Shown: positions 10,244-20,227 of the stretch, piece by piece | How the letters are laid out: each line of letters begins with the position of its first letter | Position numbering within the stretch: the first letter of the stretch is position 1 | Made by a program: the position numbers and the translations under genes | Assembly: GCA_965204745.1 (NCBI GenBank) | Contig: OZ242010.1 | Coordinates: 2,720,001-2,784,000 of the forward strand | Length of the DNA: 64,000 bases | Source of the DNA: Candidatus Latescibacterota bacterium | GTDB lineage: Bacteria; Latescibacterota; UBA2968 | Reading direction: 5' to 3' | The notes under the pieces: generated by a model | Database searches by the model: none | Told to the model about the DNA's origin: nothing | What the model saw: the letters and a program-made list of their open reading frames with translations, nothing else

Positions 10244-11414
10244 GTGGTTTTCCCATTCGGTTGACCAAGACCCAGGCCGCAGGCGCGCACAGGATCGCAT
10301 CTATGGGCAGGCGAAAGCGCGTGTGGGCAAAAAATACCATGTGCAGGGCGGACATGCAAATCACCAGCGAGACGATGCCCATACCTGCAACCGTGCGGCG
10401 TTGGCAGTACGCGCCTGCGAGGCCGAGTAACAGGACCGGGCCGCAGGACAGCGCGGCGACCACCGTGCGTACTGGCGATTCGCCCGGTACCCAGGGGCAC
10501 CAAAAATAGAAGAGTTTGTCGATGCACAAGCGCAGGTAGTGCAGGGGATTGTGCGCGATCCAACCCAAGACGATGCCCGCCACTTTGCGGTCCGCGGCTA
10601 CGGCGTGAGACGTATCGGCAAGGGTGTGATACTGTGCCAAATAGTCGATCCGATTGTCGTAATACCCGCGGCCTTGGGGATGCGCGCCCACGAGCAAGTT
10701 GATCCCCAGATTGGCGGAGATGGGCACTATATCGCCGGACAGGGCGTCGTTGCGCGCGGTCCACGGCGCGATGACCGCGATGACCGCGCCGATGACGACC
10801 GCGACGCGCGCGGCTTTTTGGACGTGGGGCAGGTGAGAGTGCCATGCCCATACCGAGAGCACGGGCAAGAGCCACGGCAATAAGACCGGTTTGCACAGCG
10901 CGGATAAGCCCACCGCGCCGCCAAATGCCATGGCCCGCAGGTGTGTGCTTTGCTGCGAAAACCGGAGGTAGCCCACGAAGCTAACGGTGGTCAAGAAGAC
11001 CAACAGGGTTTCGGCCATGAGCACGGCAGGGAAGAATACGAACAGGGGATAGATGGCGAACAAGGCCGCGCCCACGAGTCCGACTCGGGCATTGCCCCGG
11101 CCCATTTTGCAACCGATGAGGAAGATGAGCCAGCAGGTTATCGCGCCTATGACCGCTTGCGCGATCCGCACGATAGCAGGCGCGTGCCCGAACATCCGAT
11201 AGATGCCCGCGAGGAACAAGCCGTATAGCGGCGGGCGATACATCCCGGTATCCGGATGCAAGACGCCCAGCGCGAGATAGGCTTTTCCCAAGGCATCCCA
11301 ATGCCGCTCGTCAGATGCCTGCGTCAAATCGGATTGCGTCAGGCCAAATCCCACGCGCAAGAGCAACGCGACAGCGAGGATGAGATACAGGCCCTGGCGA
11401 TGGGTCATTGTCAT
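10233..11414 (-). CDS. GT-C (ArnT/PMT-like) membrane glycosyltransferase
   Basis: SDE, YRPPLY, LMAETL, PWTARN, RFRLP motifs; polytopic membrane protein. Confidence 0.75.
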   Translation of the reverse strand: MTMTHRQGLYLILAVALLLRVGFGLTQSDLTQASDERHWDALGKAYLALGVLHPDTGMYRPPLYGLFLAGIYRMFGHAPAIVRIAQAVIGAITCWLIFLIGCKMGRGNARVGLVGAALFAIYPLFVFFPAVLMAETLLVFLTTVSFVGYLRFSQQSTHLRAMAFGGAVGLSALCKPVLLPWLLPVLSVWAWHSHLPHVQKAARVAVVIGAVIAVIAPWTARNDALSGDIVPISANLGINLLVGAHPQGRGYYDNRIDYLAQYHTLADTSHAVAADRKVAGIVLGWIAHNPLHYLRLCIDKLFYFWCPWVPGESPVRTVVAALSCGPVLLLGLAGAYCQRRTVAGMGIVSLVICMSALHMVFFAHTRFRLPIDAILCAPAAWVLVNRMGKPHAC

Positions 11415-11444
11415 GTCCTTCCAAAGAACGCCGACTGCTCGCGA

Positions 11445-11500
11445 GTCAGTTGTCAGTTGTCAGTTGTCAGTTGTCAGTTGTCAGTTGTCAGTTGTCAGTA
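11445..11500 (+). repeat. (GTCAGTT)n heptamer array, about 8 units, interrupted by a MITE
   Basis: Direct reading; the array resumes as TAGTCAG at 11996. Confidence 0.95.
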
Positions 11501-11995
11501 GGTTGTGTTGACATTTACGAGCAGAGCAACTGGCTTGAGCGGTTTATCGAGAAAATCAAGCCCTATCGCAGAATATTCTCTCGGTTTGAGAAACTCGGAC
11601 AGTCGCTCCTTCATCTTTCTCGCTTTTGCTACCACGCTCATCGTATTCACGGACGTTCCGCAGTTCAAAGAAGCCATGGCAACCATGCCCTCGCAAAAGA
11701 CCATTCGATAAAGCCATCACGCACAGCGCGCAAGTCCGTTTCGCAACCAACATCCATTATGCAACCCACTTTGCAGGCTGGCGCATGTCGTGCGATTACA
11801 AAAGCGCTTTGCGCTGTGCAAGCCTCTCGGCGTTTGAGAGCGGCATTTTTTGCTTACTTTTTTTTGCTGTTGAAAAAAAGTAAGTCGCCGAAGGCATCGG
11901 AGGCAACCAACGAGGCTGTAGGACCAAACGCATTAAATGAGCAAGCAACACATTTGCTAATCTGTGCATAATGTCAAAAAAATGTCAACACGACC
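11501..11995. mobile_element. 495-bp MITE derived from an IS5-family element
   Basis: Terminal inverted repeats GGTTGTGTTGACATTT / AAATGTCAACACGACC (15/16 match), TA on both sides, internal remnant YEQSNWLERFIEKIKPYRRIFSRFEKL resembling an IS5 transposase C-terminus. Confidence 0.8.
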
Positions 11996-12006
11996 TAGTC
12001 AGGCGC

Positions 12007-12032
12007 GACCAGGCACGGGGGCCTGTCCCTAC
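12007..12032 (-). repeat. GTAG-family REP-like palindrome (representative copy of about 11)
   Basis: GTAGGG(G/A)C...CCC(C/T)GTGC consensus; other copies near 14807, 19766, 19891, 20291, 41418, 50700, 52632, 53427, 54528 and 61469. Confidence 0.75.
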
Positions 12033-12059
12033 AAGTTGATGGGGCAGTTCGTCGATTCG

Positions 12060-13682
12060 TCAATAAAAATTCACATCCACCGTCGCCACCCACTCGTGGC
12101 CCACTGCATTGCCGCGTCCGCTGGGCAGAATGATATTTTTCCCCGCTTGGCGCGTATAGCGCGTTTGCAAAACCCAATTCCTCACCGGCGCGTATTCGAT
12201 GCGGATGGTGATTTTTGTGCGCGTTTCCACATCGCCGGACAGGAAGGCCCGCGTCTGGGCGTCTTGTAGTCGCCGTCCCAGTTGGGCGTCGCCTCCCACA
12301 TTGACCACTGTGCCATCTGGGTTGACGGGATTTTCGCCTTGGCGTTCGCGTTCAAACGCGAGGGATGCGCGCAACGATGGGGAAAACCGATGGGTGACTT
12401 GCCCAAACCAGCGGTCCGCATTTGGCCCGGTGGGATAGCCCAACAGGGCATCGTGGTGCTCATACGTGTTGATGTCGAAATTGTGGGCGTACACAAATGG
12501 CTCGACGCGGGCGTATTCAGCGCGTAGATCCGTGTCGCGCAGGCCCGGGGGATCGACCCAGAACGCGCCCAGTTGCAGGGCGAATTGGTTGGCAAACGCG
12601 CTGGGATCAAATTTGACCATATCGTCCAAAAACCACGCGGCATAGACTTCCAAGCCCGGGCGCGGGCGGGCGGATATGTCGCCGCCGATGACGAGATTGT
12701 CTCGGTTGCCCAAGTGATTTTGCGCGCCTGCAAACACGGTCACCGGCAAAACGTAGAGCGGTTCAAAGCCCCGGTCCCCGTACACCACAGCCTCGTGCAA
12801 CCCGATGCGTAGCTTTGAAAACGCGATCTCCAAGCGGTGCGCGGCCAGTCGCTTTTGGCGCGGAAAGATCCGCACATGCCCATTGTCGATCCACCGGCGC
12901 GTGGTGTCGATCAGCCCGTCTCGCGCTCGCAATGACGCCGCGACATGCGTGTAGTGCAAGCGGCGGTAGGATGCGCGCAAGCGAAAGAGGCCGTAAGACG
13001 GCGCGCGGTTGGAGAGCAGCAAATTGCCCGTGCGCCCGGGGCCCCAGTCCAGGCTACCCTTGCCCGCGTCCAAGCGGATCCAGGAATTGGCCCATGCGAG
13101 TTGAAACGCGCTTTCGCGGAAGTCCGCTTTGTTGCCCTTGAGTTGCGCGTCTTCAATGGGTCGGGCGAGTACGTGTTCGCGGGTCAGGCGCGGGTGGTCG
13201 CTCCATTCGCGGGCTTCGTAATGCCGTGCGTAAAATCCCAAGGCGTGGAATCGCCCGCGCACTGCGCCGCCCAAATAGGTCTGTGACGCGGTTTCGTTGA
13301 CGAATGCCGCGCCCCTGCGCGCGATCACCCGTTGCCTCATCAGGGGTTCGAGAATGACCGCGACCGCTGAATCGCGCCATGCCCAGCGGGGTTCGCGTGC
13401 AAAGGCCGCGTGCCCGGCCAATTCGGCAATGTACCGCTCGACCGTGCCGCGCTCGGTGGTGGACAGCGGTTGGTGAGACGCGGTTGCGAGCAGGCGTGCG
13501 ACCTGCCTTCGGGTCAGGGGGCGCGTATCGGGCACGGATATCCACCCCCGTGCGTCCATGCGATCCAGCAGGCGGTACGCGGGATGGTGCAATGGGAGAT
13601 CGGGCGATGCGCCCAGCGCGGGGCTGACCGCGCAAAAAAACAGCGCGATGCGCGTGAGGAGATGGGATAAGGATTCGGACAT
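12060..13682 (-). CDS. Capsule assembly Wzi-like outer-membrane protein
   Basis: Signal peptide; WGPGRTGNLLLSNRAP; AAHRLE; EAVVYG; LGYPTGPNAD; aromatic C-terminal residue. Confidence 0.7.
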   Translation of the reverse strand: MSESLSHLLTRIALFFCAVSPALGASPDLPLHHPAYRLLDRMDARGWISVPDTRPLTRRQVARLLATASHQPLSTTERGTVERYIAELAGHAAFAREPRWAWRDSAVAVILEPLMRQRVIARRGAAFVNETASQTYLGGAVRGRFHALGFYARHYEAREWSDHPRLTREHVLARPIEDAQLKGNKADFRESAFQLAWANSWIRLDAGKGSLDWGPGRTGNLLLSNRAPSYGLFRLRASYRRLHYTHVAASLRARDGLIDTTRRWIDNGHVRIFPRQKRLAAHRLEIAFSKLRIGLHEAVVYGDRGFEPLYVLPVTVFAGAQNHLGNRDNLVIGGDISARPRPGLEVYAAWFLDDMVKFDPSAFANQFALQLGAFWVDPPGLRDTDLRAEYARVEPFVYAHNFDINTYEHHDALLGYPTGPNADRWFGQVTHRFSPSLRASLAFERERQGENPVNPDGTVVNVGGDAQLGRRLQDAQTRAFLSGDVETRTKITIRIEYAPVRNWVLQTRYTRQAGKNIILPSGRGNAVGHEWVATVDVNFY

Positions 13683-13776
13683 TTTTTTTTAATTTGCCAC
13701 GGAAAGCACGAGTGGGGTACAACGGACCGCTTTTCAGATCAGTTCATCAACGAAGTGCATCGGGTTTTGGGGCAAA

Positions 13777-13872
13777 TGGGCGGGGACTGACTACTGACCA
13801 CTGACTACTGACCACTGACTACTGACCACTGACTACTGACCACTGACTACTGACTACTGACCACTGACCACT
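13777..13872 (-). repeat. Heptamer array (CTGACTA/CTGACCA alternating, about 12 units) with GGGCGGGG anchor
   Basis: Direct reading. Confidence 0.93.
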
Positions 13873-13978
13873 TGTTCGTCCATTCGCACTTTTTGTCGCG
13901 TATTCTGATCTGTTCTGAATTTGGGTCAAAGCGCGGGGATTGTCAAGTATCATGACTTTTTGGGCCTTTTAATCCCCC

Positions 13979-14007
13979 TTGACTTTGCACGGGCAATGGG
14001 CTATTTT
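13979..14007 (+). promoter_or_regulatory. Putative sigma70 promoter of the microcompartment locus
   Basis: TTGACT-17 bp-TATTTT upstream of pduL. Confidence 0.45.
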
Positions 14008-14047
14008 CCGTGCCCTGTAAGCGGGATTTGACACGGAATTAGAGACG

Positions 14048-14746
14048 ATGCTTGCGATAGTAAAAAACGCCTCTGCGTGCGAGGATTGCGGCCTGTGTTC
14101 TGCCGGGCAAAATGGCGATGCCATCGACCGCATTGCGCGAGAAGTCGCGTGCCAGATACGCGGGCAGACCGGGGAGGAGATTCCCATTTCCGTGGGGGTT
14201 TCGGCGCGGCATGCCCATGTGAACGATGAGACGCTCGATATTCTCTTTGGGCCGGGGCACGCGCTAACGCCCTACCGCGAACTCTACCAGCCCGGCGCGT
14301 TTGCAGCCGAGGAGGTCATTGCCGTGGTCGGCCCTCGGTTGCGTGCGATTGAGCGCGTGCGTATTCTCGGCCCCAGCCGCGGCTACAATCAGGTCGAACT
14401 CGCCAGAACAGACGCGATTTTTCTCGGGGTTGATCCACCGGTGCGCGATTCGGGAGATCTCGCAGGGGCCGAGTCCGTCACGTTTATCGGCCCCAAGGGC
14501 GCGGTGACGGTCGATGCGGCCATTCGCGCGACGCGCCACATTCACCTGCGCCCAGAGGATGTTGCGAATTTTGGCTTTGAGGGGCGAGCGTCCGTGCGCG
14601 TGAGCGTGAGGGGCGAAAAGGGCGTTACGTATGAGAATGTGCGCCTCAAAGTCGACGCGAGCTATTTGCCCGAACTCCATCTGGATACAGACGACGCCAA
14701 TGCCGCGGATCTCGTGTGCGGCGATACGGTGTATATTTTGACATAG
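14048..14746 (+). CDS. pduL: PduL phosphotransacylase with N-terminal encapsulation peptide
   Basis: VSARHAH, LYQPGAFA, VRILGP, RHIH, LHLDTDDANAA; amphipathic DAIDRIAREVACQI. Confidence 0.92.
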   Translation: MLAIVKNASACEDCGLCSAGQNGDAIDRIAREVACQIRGQTGEEIPISVGVSARHAHVNDETLDILFGPGHALTPYRELYQPGAFAAEEVIAVVGPRLRAIERVRILGPSRGYNQVELARTDAIFLGVDPPVRDSGDLAGAESVTFIGPKGAVTVDAAIRATRHIHLRPEDVANFGFEGRASVRVSVRGEKGVTYENVRLKVDASYLPELHLDTDDANAADLVCGDTVYILT

Positions 14747-14900
14747 ACTGAAACGCACATGCGAATCGACGAATTAGCTGACCACTGCTTTGGGGTTGGG
14801 TGCGAAGACGAGCACAGGGGCCTGTCCCTGCGATTGATGAGGCCGGGCGAGGGAACTGACCACTGACCACTTGGTGGTCGGGTCGGGCGAGGGCTATCAC

Positions 14901-16478
14901 ATGTCCATGATGACCAAAAGTTTGGTGGCAGTATGGGATTCGCTTCGGAGCAGAAAAGCCCAGCAAAGCGACTTCCTCGACGAAGTTCGCCTCAACAATT
15001 TGCGCGGCATCAGGGGCCTTCGCGTGCCTTTTGACTACCCGGTTTCCGTGCTCGCCGGCCCGAATGGATGTGGCAAATCAACCGTTCTCTTTGCCTGCGC
15101 CGCAGCCTACAAACCGAAAGACCAGGGGGTGCGCGCTTTTACGCCCGCCACTTTGTTCCCCGGTTTTACCGATACACGCGACGGCGTGCGCTCGGATATG
15201 AGGGGCGAAACTTCCCTCGAGTTCTACTATTTGGCCGGAGGCAAGCGGTATGCCATGGAGTGGAAAAGGAGAAAGACATGGGGGAAAAACTTCATGGGAC
15301 GCAAGGGCGTCAGGCAACCCGAAAGAACGCTCTATCTCCGCACCTTGACCACCTTGACCAACCCTTCTGAAGTGAGAGGCATTTTGCAACTGAGCCGAAG
15401 GCAGTTTGAGGCCGAGGAAATCACTGCCGAACAGTTGCTTTTCGCCCACCGCATTCTACCGCAACGCTACCGCGATGTCTCGTTGATTCGCGCAAAAAAC
15501 CGCGACTTGCTCTTTGCGGGCCTCGAAGGCCACCAGGCGGTGAAATACTCGGAGTTCCACATGTCGGCGGGAGAAAGGGCCATCTTACGCATATCCAAGG
15601 ACATATCCCACCTGAAGGGCGCGCTGATTCTCATTGACGAAGTAGAAGCCGGGCTCCATCCCTATACGCAACAACAGATCATGTTGGAACTTCAGCGCAT
15701 TGCCCTGCGGAACGATTTGCAGATTATTGTGACTTCTCACAGCCCTGTCGTGTTGGATAGCGTCCCACCAGAGGCCAGGCTTTTTTTTCAACGCGATGCA
15801 CAAACCTTGGATGTCGTGCGCCTGCCCGCGTATCGAGATATTTTTCAAAAAGCCCTGTACGGACAGTCCACAGATCGGCTCTCCATTCTCTGCGAAGACG
15901 AGGTCGCCGAGGGGGTGATCCTCGGCGCGCTAGATGTATTGAACCACAAAATCGGCACGCGCCACGACGATTTCAGCATTGGAAGAGATACGGGAAGCGA
16001 TGAATTTAAGGCGCACATCCACACCCTCGGGAAGATCAAAGCACTGGCCGACTTCGTCTTTGTGTTAGACGGAGATGCACGCGCCCACGCGCCCGCCTTG
16101 CAAAGCATCGCGACGCAATACGGTCACAGCATAGAGCCGATTTTCCTTCCCGGGATATCCTCCCCGGAAAATTGGCTGTGGGAGACCATCCAAAGAAATT
16201 CCGAAACCTACGCCAGTGAATTTGGCCTGCCTGCAAATGCTTTGGATCAGAGGTTGTCGGCTATCGAACAGACCTTTTCGGGAGATCCAAATGTGCGGTC
16301 ACAGGATATTCCAAAAGCGAAATTGGCGATCCTCGCCGATGAATTGAATCGATCCGCGCCCGAGGTCGCGAGGATCGTCGGAAAATTGGAAACGGAGCAG
16401 AATGGGAAAACGATCAGCGAGTTCCGCATTGGGCTCGAAGAACAGATCAATTCATGGCGACAGCTCGGGACGCGCTAA
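14901..16478 (+). CDS. ABC/AAA ATPase with TOPRIM-like domain (OLD-family ATP-dependent nuclease-like)
   Basis: Walker A GPNGCGKS, signature MSAGE, Walker B ILIDEVE, TSHS; CEDEVAE...LDGD TOPRIM acidic motifs. Confidence 0.72.
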   Translation: MSMMTKSLVAVWDSLRSRKAQQSDFLDEVRLNNLRGIRGLRVPFDYPVSVLAGPNGCGKSTVLFACAAAYKPKDQGVRAFTPATLFPGFTDTRDGVRSDMRGETSLEFYYLAGGKRYAMEWKRRKTWGKNFMGRKGVRQPERTLYLRTLTTLTNPSEVRGILQLSRRQFEAEEITAEQLLFAHRILPQRYRDVSLIRAKNRDLLFAGLEGHQAVKYSEFHMSAGERAILRISKDISHLKGALILIDEVEAGLHPYTQQQIMLELQRIALRNDLQIIVTSHSPVVLDSVPPEARLFFQRDAQTLDVVRLPAYRDIFQKALYGQSTDRLSILCEDEVAEGVILGALDVLNHKIGTRHDDFSIGRDTGSDEFKAHIHTLGKIKALADFVFVLDGDARAHAPALQSIATQYGHSIEPIFLPGISSPENWLWETIQRNSETYASEFGLPANALDQRLSAIEQTFSGDPNVRSQDIPKAKLAILADELNRSAPEVARIVGKLETEQNGKTISEFRIGLEEQINSWRQLGTR

Positions 16479-16519
16479 GATGCAACGCGAACAGGGACAT
16501 AATGCAACTGGAGTTGAAA

Positions 16520-16795
16520 ATGGCTTCAGCACTTGGCATGATCGAAACACTCGGGGTTATTGGCACAACAGAGGCGGCGGATGCGATGGTCAAGACCGCG
16601 GGTGTCGCCATTGAAAGATACGAAAAAATCGGCGCGGGATATACGACCACGCTCGTGCGCGGGGATGTGGGTGCGGTTCGCGCAGCCATTGAAGCGGGCA
16701 CAAACGCGGCCAAACGGGTCGGGGATCTCGTGGCCGTTCACGTCATTCCAAATCTCGACCCACAAGTCGATGCGGTTGTTTTTCAGACACGATAA
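16520..16795 (+). CDS. BMC hexamer shell protein
   Basis: ALGMIET...AADAMVK...RGDVGAV...VHVIP. Confidence 0.95.
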   Translation: MASALGMIETLGVIGTTEAADAMVKTAGVAIERYEKIGAGYTTTLVRGDVGAVRAAIEAGTNAAKRVGDLVAVHVIPNLDPQVDAVVFQTR

Positions 16796-16812
16796 TCAGG
16801 AGGAATTGCAAC

Positions 16813-17100
16813 ATGGGTGAAGCCCTCGGCATGATCGAAACCAAAGGTCTCGTCGCGATGATCGAAGCGGCAGACGCGATGGTCAAAGCCGCCAATGTCC
16901 AATTTGTCAACTGGGAGCGCATTGGCGCGGGATATGTCACCGCGATGGTGCGCGGCGATGTGGCAGCGGTGAAAGCCGCGACCGAAGCAGGCGCCGCCGC
17001 GGCCGGCAAGGTTGGCGAACTCGTTTCCGTTCACGTCATTCCAAGGCCGCACGGCAGTCTGGAAAATGTGCTGCCCATTGGCGCGTCTTCAGACGATTAG
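16813..17100 (+). CDS. BMC hexamer shell protein (EutM/PduA-like)
   Basis: ALGMIETKG...AADAMVKAA...[10 protein letters not shown]...HVIPRPH. Confidence 0.96.
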   Translation: MGEALGMIETKGLVAMIEAADAMVKAANVQFVNWERIGAGYVTAMVRGDVAAVKAATEAGAAAAGKVGELVSVHVIPRPHGSLENVLPIGASSDD

Positions 17101-17103
17101 ACC

Positions 17104-17394
17104 ATGACCCTCGGCAAAGTGGTGGGAACAGTGGTCGCCACGCAAAAAGACAGTGGTTTGGACGGGTTTAAGCTCCAAATCGTCCAAACCCTGGATTTGC
17201 CCTCGCTCGAACCCAAAGCGAGTTTTGTGGTGGCCGTGGATGCCGTGGGCGCAGGCGATGGAGAAGTCGTGCTCTGTTGCAGCGGGAGTTCTGCGCGCAT
17301 GACGAGCGCGACTGAAAATCGCCCTGTTGACGCGGTCATCGTGGCGATTGTTGACGCGGCGGAAATCGAAGGCGAAGCGGTTTATCGCAAGTAG
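17104..17394 (+). CDS. BMC pentamer (EutN/CcmL) vertex protein
   Basis: GKVVGTVVATQK...VAVDAVGAG...PVDAVIVAIVD. Confidence 0.94.
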   Translation: MTLGKVVGTVVATQKDSGLDGFKLQIVQTLDLPSLEPKASFVVAVDAVGAGDGEVVLCCSGSSARMTSATENRPVDAVIVAIVDAAEIEGEAVYRK

Positions 17395-17427
17395 GGGTCC
17401 GCAAGACGAACCGAAAGGAGGCGCGCT

Positions 17428-17916
17428 GTGGCAAAACAAACTGACTGGCCTCTCGATGCGGAGGTGCAGGCGATTGGCGAGGTGCGGGCAGTGGCGTTGC
17501 AGGCAGGCGGCGGTGGTTCGTTTGAGTTGTTGCTGGAGAACGGTGACATCCTGACCGCTGCCTTTACTGACAGAGAGGAGATGATCGTTACCAATGCCCT
17601 GCGCCTGCATAACAGTGTTTGGCTCGAGGTCAAGGGACTGGGCGCGTTTGACGACGCGGGCAAATTGAAGCACATCTCGCATTTGAAGCATTGCCAACAG
17701 GTCCCTGCGCTAGCTGTTCACTGCGAGGGGGATCAGCCGCTGAAGGACAGCCCGTCAAAAAAGGGAAATCCGCCTGTTTCCACGGGGCGATCAATTCTGA
17801 AAATGGTTGAAAAAATCCATCGATCCTCACCGAAAGGCACATGGGACGATGTGCCAATAGACCTCGGTCAAAATTGGCATGATTACAAGTATGGCAGGCG
17901 GGCTTTACCATTTTGA
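17428..17916 (+). CDS. Hypothetical protein, probable antitoxin
   Basis: RBS AAGGAGG; C-terminal WDDVPIDLGQNWHDYKYG resembles the P.DLA.N.DHYLYG tail of antitoxins that precede PIN toxins. Confidence 0.5.
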   Translation: MAKQTDWPLDAEVQAIGEVRAVALQAGGGGSFELLLENGDILTAAFTDREEMIVTNALRLHNSVWLEVKGLGAFDDAGKLKHISHLKHCQQVPALAVHCEGDQPLKDSPSKKGNPPVSTGRSILKMVEKIHRSSPKGTWDDVPIDLGQNWHDYKYGRRALPF

Positions 17917-17921
17917 TGTGA
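17895..17921 (+). pseudogene. C-terminal stub of a PIN-domain toxin
   Basis: An alternative frame reads QAGFTILM-stop, a typical PIN/VapC C-terminus, directly after the antitoxin-like YKYG. Confidence 0.5.
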
Positions 17922-17936
17922 ACGGGATTATCATCC

Positions 17937-19373
17937 ATGAACTTAGACGAAATGCAAATCCAGTCGGTGGTCGAGCAGGTGGTGCGAAATCTCGTGGCAG
18001 GTGGCGCGCCGCCTGCGGTTATTGCACCGCCTGTGCGTTGTGAGAGCAAGGGCGATGAGGGCATCTTTGACGATCTCGAAGAAGCCATTGCCGCTGCGGT
18101 GGAAGCACAGCGTGCGTTGGAGGCCATGAGCTTGGATCAACGCCGGGACATCATCGCTGCGATTCGCCGCGAATCCCTGGCGCATTCAAAGGGCTTGGCG
18201 CAAAAGACCGTGGAAGAAACCGGCATGGGCAAAGTGCCGCACAAAATTCGCAAATTCGAGGTCGTGGCACAGCACACGCCCGGGGTCGAAGACCTGCATC
18301 CCATCGCTTGGACCGGGGACAATGGGCTGACGGTCGTGGAGATGGCGCCCTTTGGGGTGGTTGCAGCGGTCACGCCATCCACGCATCCGGTGCCCACGAT
18401 AGTCAACAATGCCATCAGCTTGATCGCAGCGGGCAACAGCGCGATTTTTGCCCCGCATCCGAGCGCGAAAAACGTTTCGCTGTTGGGTCTGCAAATGCTC
18501 AACCGCGCCATCGCAGGGGCCGGGGGGCCGCCCAATTTGCTCGTTGCGGTGCGCGAACCGAGTATCGAGACCGCGCAGGCCCTGTTTGTGCATCCAAGTG
18601 TGGATCTCGTGCTCGTCACCGGCGGGGGCGGCGTTGTCAAGGCGGCGATGCAGGCCCCCAAGCGCGTGATCGCCGCCGGGCCGGGCAATCCCCCGGTGGT
18701 GGTGGATGAGACCGCGGATATCGAAAAAGCCGCGCTCGGCATTGTCGAAGGCGGTGGTTTTGACAACAATATTCTCTGCATTGGGGAAAAGGAAGTTTTT
18801 GTGGTGCAATCCGTGGCCGACGAACTGACGCGCCACTTGAGCGCGAACCAGTGCGTGGTGCTCGACCGCAATCAGATCGATGCGCTGACGAAGATCGCGT
18901 TTCCCCGAGACGCGAAGGGCGATTGGTCGCTCAACCGCGAGTTGGTCGGGCGCAGTGCCCATGTGCTCGCAGCCCATATTGGGCTTAACGTGGCGCCGGA
19001 CACGGCGTTGTTGATCGGCGAAGTCGAAAACGAGTGCGATTTTGTGCAACACGAGCAGATGATGCCGTTCATCCCCATCGTTCGCACGCCGGATGTCCAC
19101 ACGGCGATTGATTGGGCGATCCGCGCGGAACAGGGGTATCGGCACACCGCGGTCATGCACTCGAAAAACGTGGAGAATATGACCATGATGGCGCGCCGCT
19201 GCAAGTGTACGATCTTCGTCAAAAACGGCGCGTCCGCCGCGGGATTGGGCGCCGGAGGCGAGGGTTATACGTCGTTCTCTATCGCCACGCCCACCGGCGA
19301 GGGTTGCACCTCTGCGCGCACCTTTACCCGCCAACGCCGCTGTGCCCTCATCGACTATTTCCGAATCGTATAG
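17937..19373 (+). CDS. CoA-acylating aldehyde dehydrogenase (EutE/PduP-like) with encapsulation peptide
   Basis: PFGVV..VTPST, VTGG, AGPGNPP, FDNNILCIGEK, GGEGYTSF; N-terminal IQSVVEQVVRNL. Confidence 0.93.
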   Translation: MNLDEMQIQSVVEQVVRNLVAGGAPPAVIAPPVRCESKGDEGIFDDLEEAIAAAVEAQRALEAMSLDQRRDIIAAIRRESLAHSKGLAQKTVEETGMGKVPHKIRKFEVVAQHTPGVEDLHPIAWTGDNGLTVVEMAPFGVVAAVTPSTHPVPTIVNNAISLIAAGNSAIFAPHPSAKNVSLLGLQMLNRAIAGAGGPPNLLVAVREPSIETAQALFVHPSVDLVLVTGGGGVVKAAMQAPKRVIAAGPGNPPVVVDETADIEKAALGIVEGGGFDNNILCIGEKEVFVVQSVADELTRHLSANQCVVLDRNQIDALTKIAFPRDAKGDWSLNRELVGRSAHVLAAHIGLNVAPDTALLIGEVENECDFVQHEQMMPFIPIVRTPDVHTAIDWAIRAEQGYRHTAVMHSKNVENMTMMARRCKCTIFVKNGASAAGLGAGGEGYTSFSIATPTGEGCTSARTFTRQRRCALIDYFRIV

Positions 19374-19388
19374 CCCCGCGAGGAAGCT

Positions 19389-19652
19389 ATGTTTCTCGGT
19401 CGCGTTATCGGCAAAATTTGGGCCACGCGCAAAGACGCCGCGCTCAACGGAGTTCGGTTGCTCATCGTCGAACCCATCGACCACACGCACACACAGACCG
19501 GGGATGCGTTTGTGGCCGTGGCTGTGGTCAATGCCAGCGATGGCGAGATCATCTATTGGGTCGGTTCGCGGGAAGCGCCTAATGCCTTGCCCGATAAGTA
19601 CGGCCCGGTGGATGCCGCGGTTGTCGGCATTGTGGATCGGGTCAATGTATGA
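19389..19652 (+). CDS. BMC pentamer (EutN/CcmL)
   Basis: MFLGRVIGKIWATRK...PVDAAVVGIVD. Confidence 0.92.
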   Translation: MFLGRVIGKIWATRKDAALNGVRLLIVEPIDHTHTQTGDAFVAVAVVNASDGEIIYWVGSREAPNALPDKYGPVDAAVVGIVDRVNV

Positions 19653-19669
19653 GGGGTGAGATGGATAGC

Positions 19670-19915
19670 CACAAAAGGCACGAGCGGGGTACAACTGGCG
19701 ACAGCCAGTTCAAAACACAAAAGGGGTACAACTGGCGACAGCCAGTTCAAAGGCGAGCGATATGTGTAGGGGCGATGCCCTGTGCTCGCCCAAAGATACA
19801 AGACGTAAGACGTAAGACGTAAGACGTAAGAGGTGAGACGTGAGAAGGCCACCCAACCCAAAGGGCGATCACAGATGACGGGCGAAGAATGTAGGGGCGC
19901 GGCTCCTGTGCTTGC
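19670..19915 (+). repeat. Composite repeat block: two GGGGTACAACTGGCGACAGCCAGTTCAAA hairpins, two GTAG REPs and (AGACGTA)x4
   Basis: Direct reading between two BMC-P genes. Confidence 0.85.
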
Positions 19916-19954
19916 TTGAAGATACTGAGAGGTTGGCAAATAGGAGGCCACGCG

Positions 19955-20227
19955 ATGTTTTTGGCGCGCGTGCTCGGCAGTGTGACATCGACCATTAAGC
20001 ACGGGGATTACAACAGCGCGAAACTCATGGTCGTGCAACCCATCACGCCGGATGGCAAAGACGATGGCGCGTCTGCACTCGCAGTGGATTCCGCAGGCGT
20101 TGGGCGCGGCGAGACCGTTCTCGTGCTTCGACAAGGTGCTGCCGCGGCCCTGGTGCTCAATGTGGAATTGCCCGCCGTGCGTTCTGTGATTGTGGGGGTT
20201 GTCGATAGGATTGATTGGGTGGGGTAG
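19955..20227 (+). CDS. BMC pentamer (EutN/CcmL)
   Basis: MFLARVLGSVTSTIKH...AVDSAGVG...SVIVGVVD; RBS AGGAGG. Confidence 0.92.
   Translation: MFLARVLGSVTSTIKHGDYNSAKLMVVQPITPDGKDDGASALAVDSAGVGRGETVLVLRQGAAAALVLNVELPAVRSVIVGVVDRIDWVG

Noticed and set aside
11501-11995. Autonomous IS element
   Set aside because: Too short, with only about 30 codons of transposase-like sequence.
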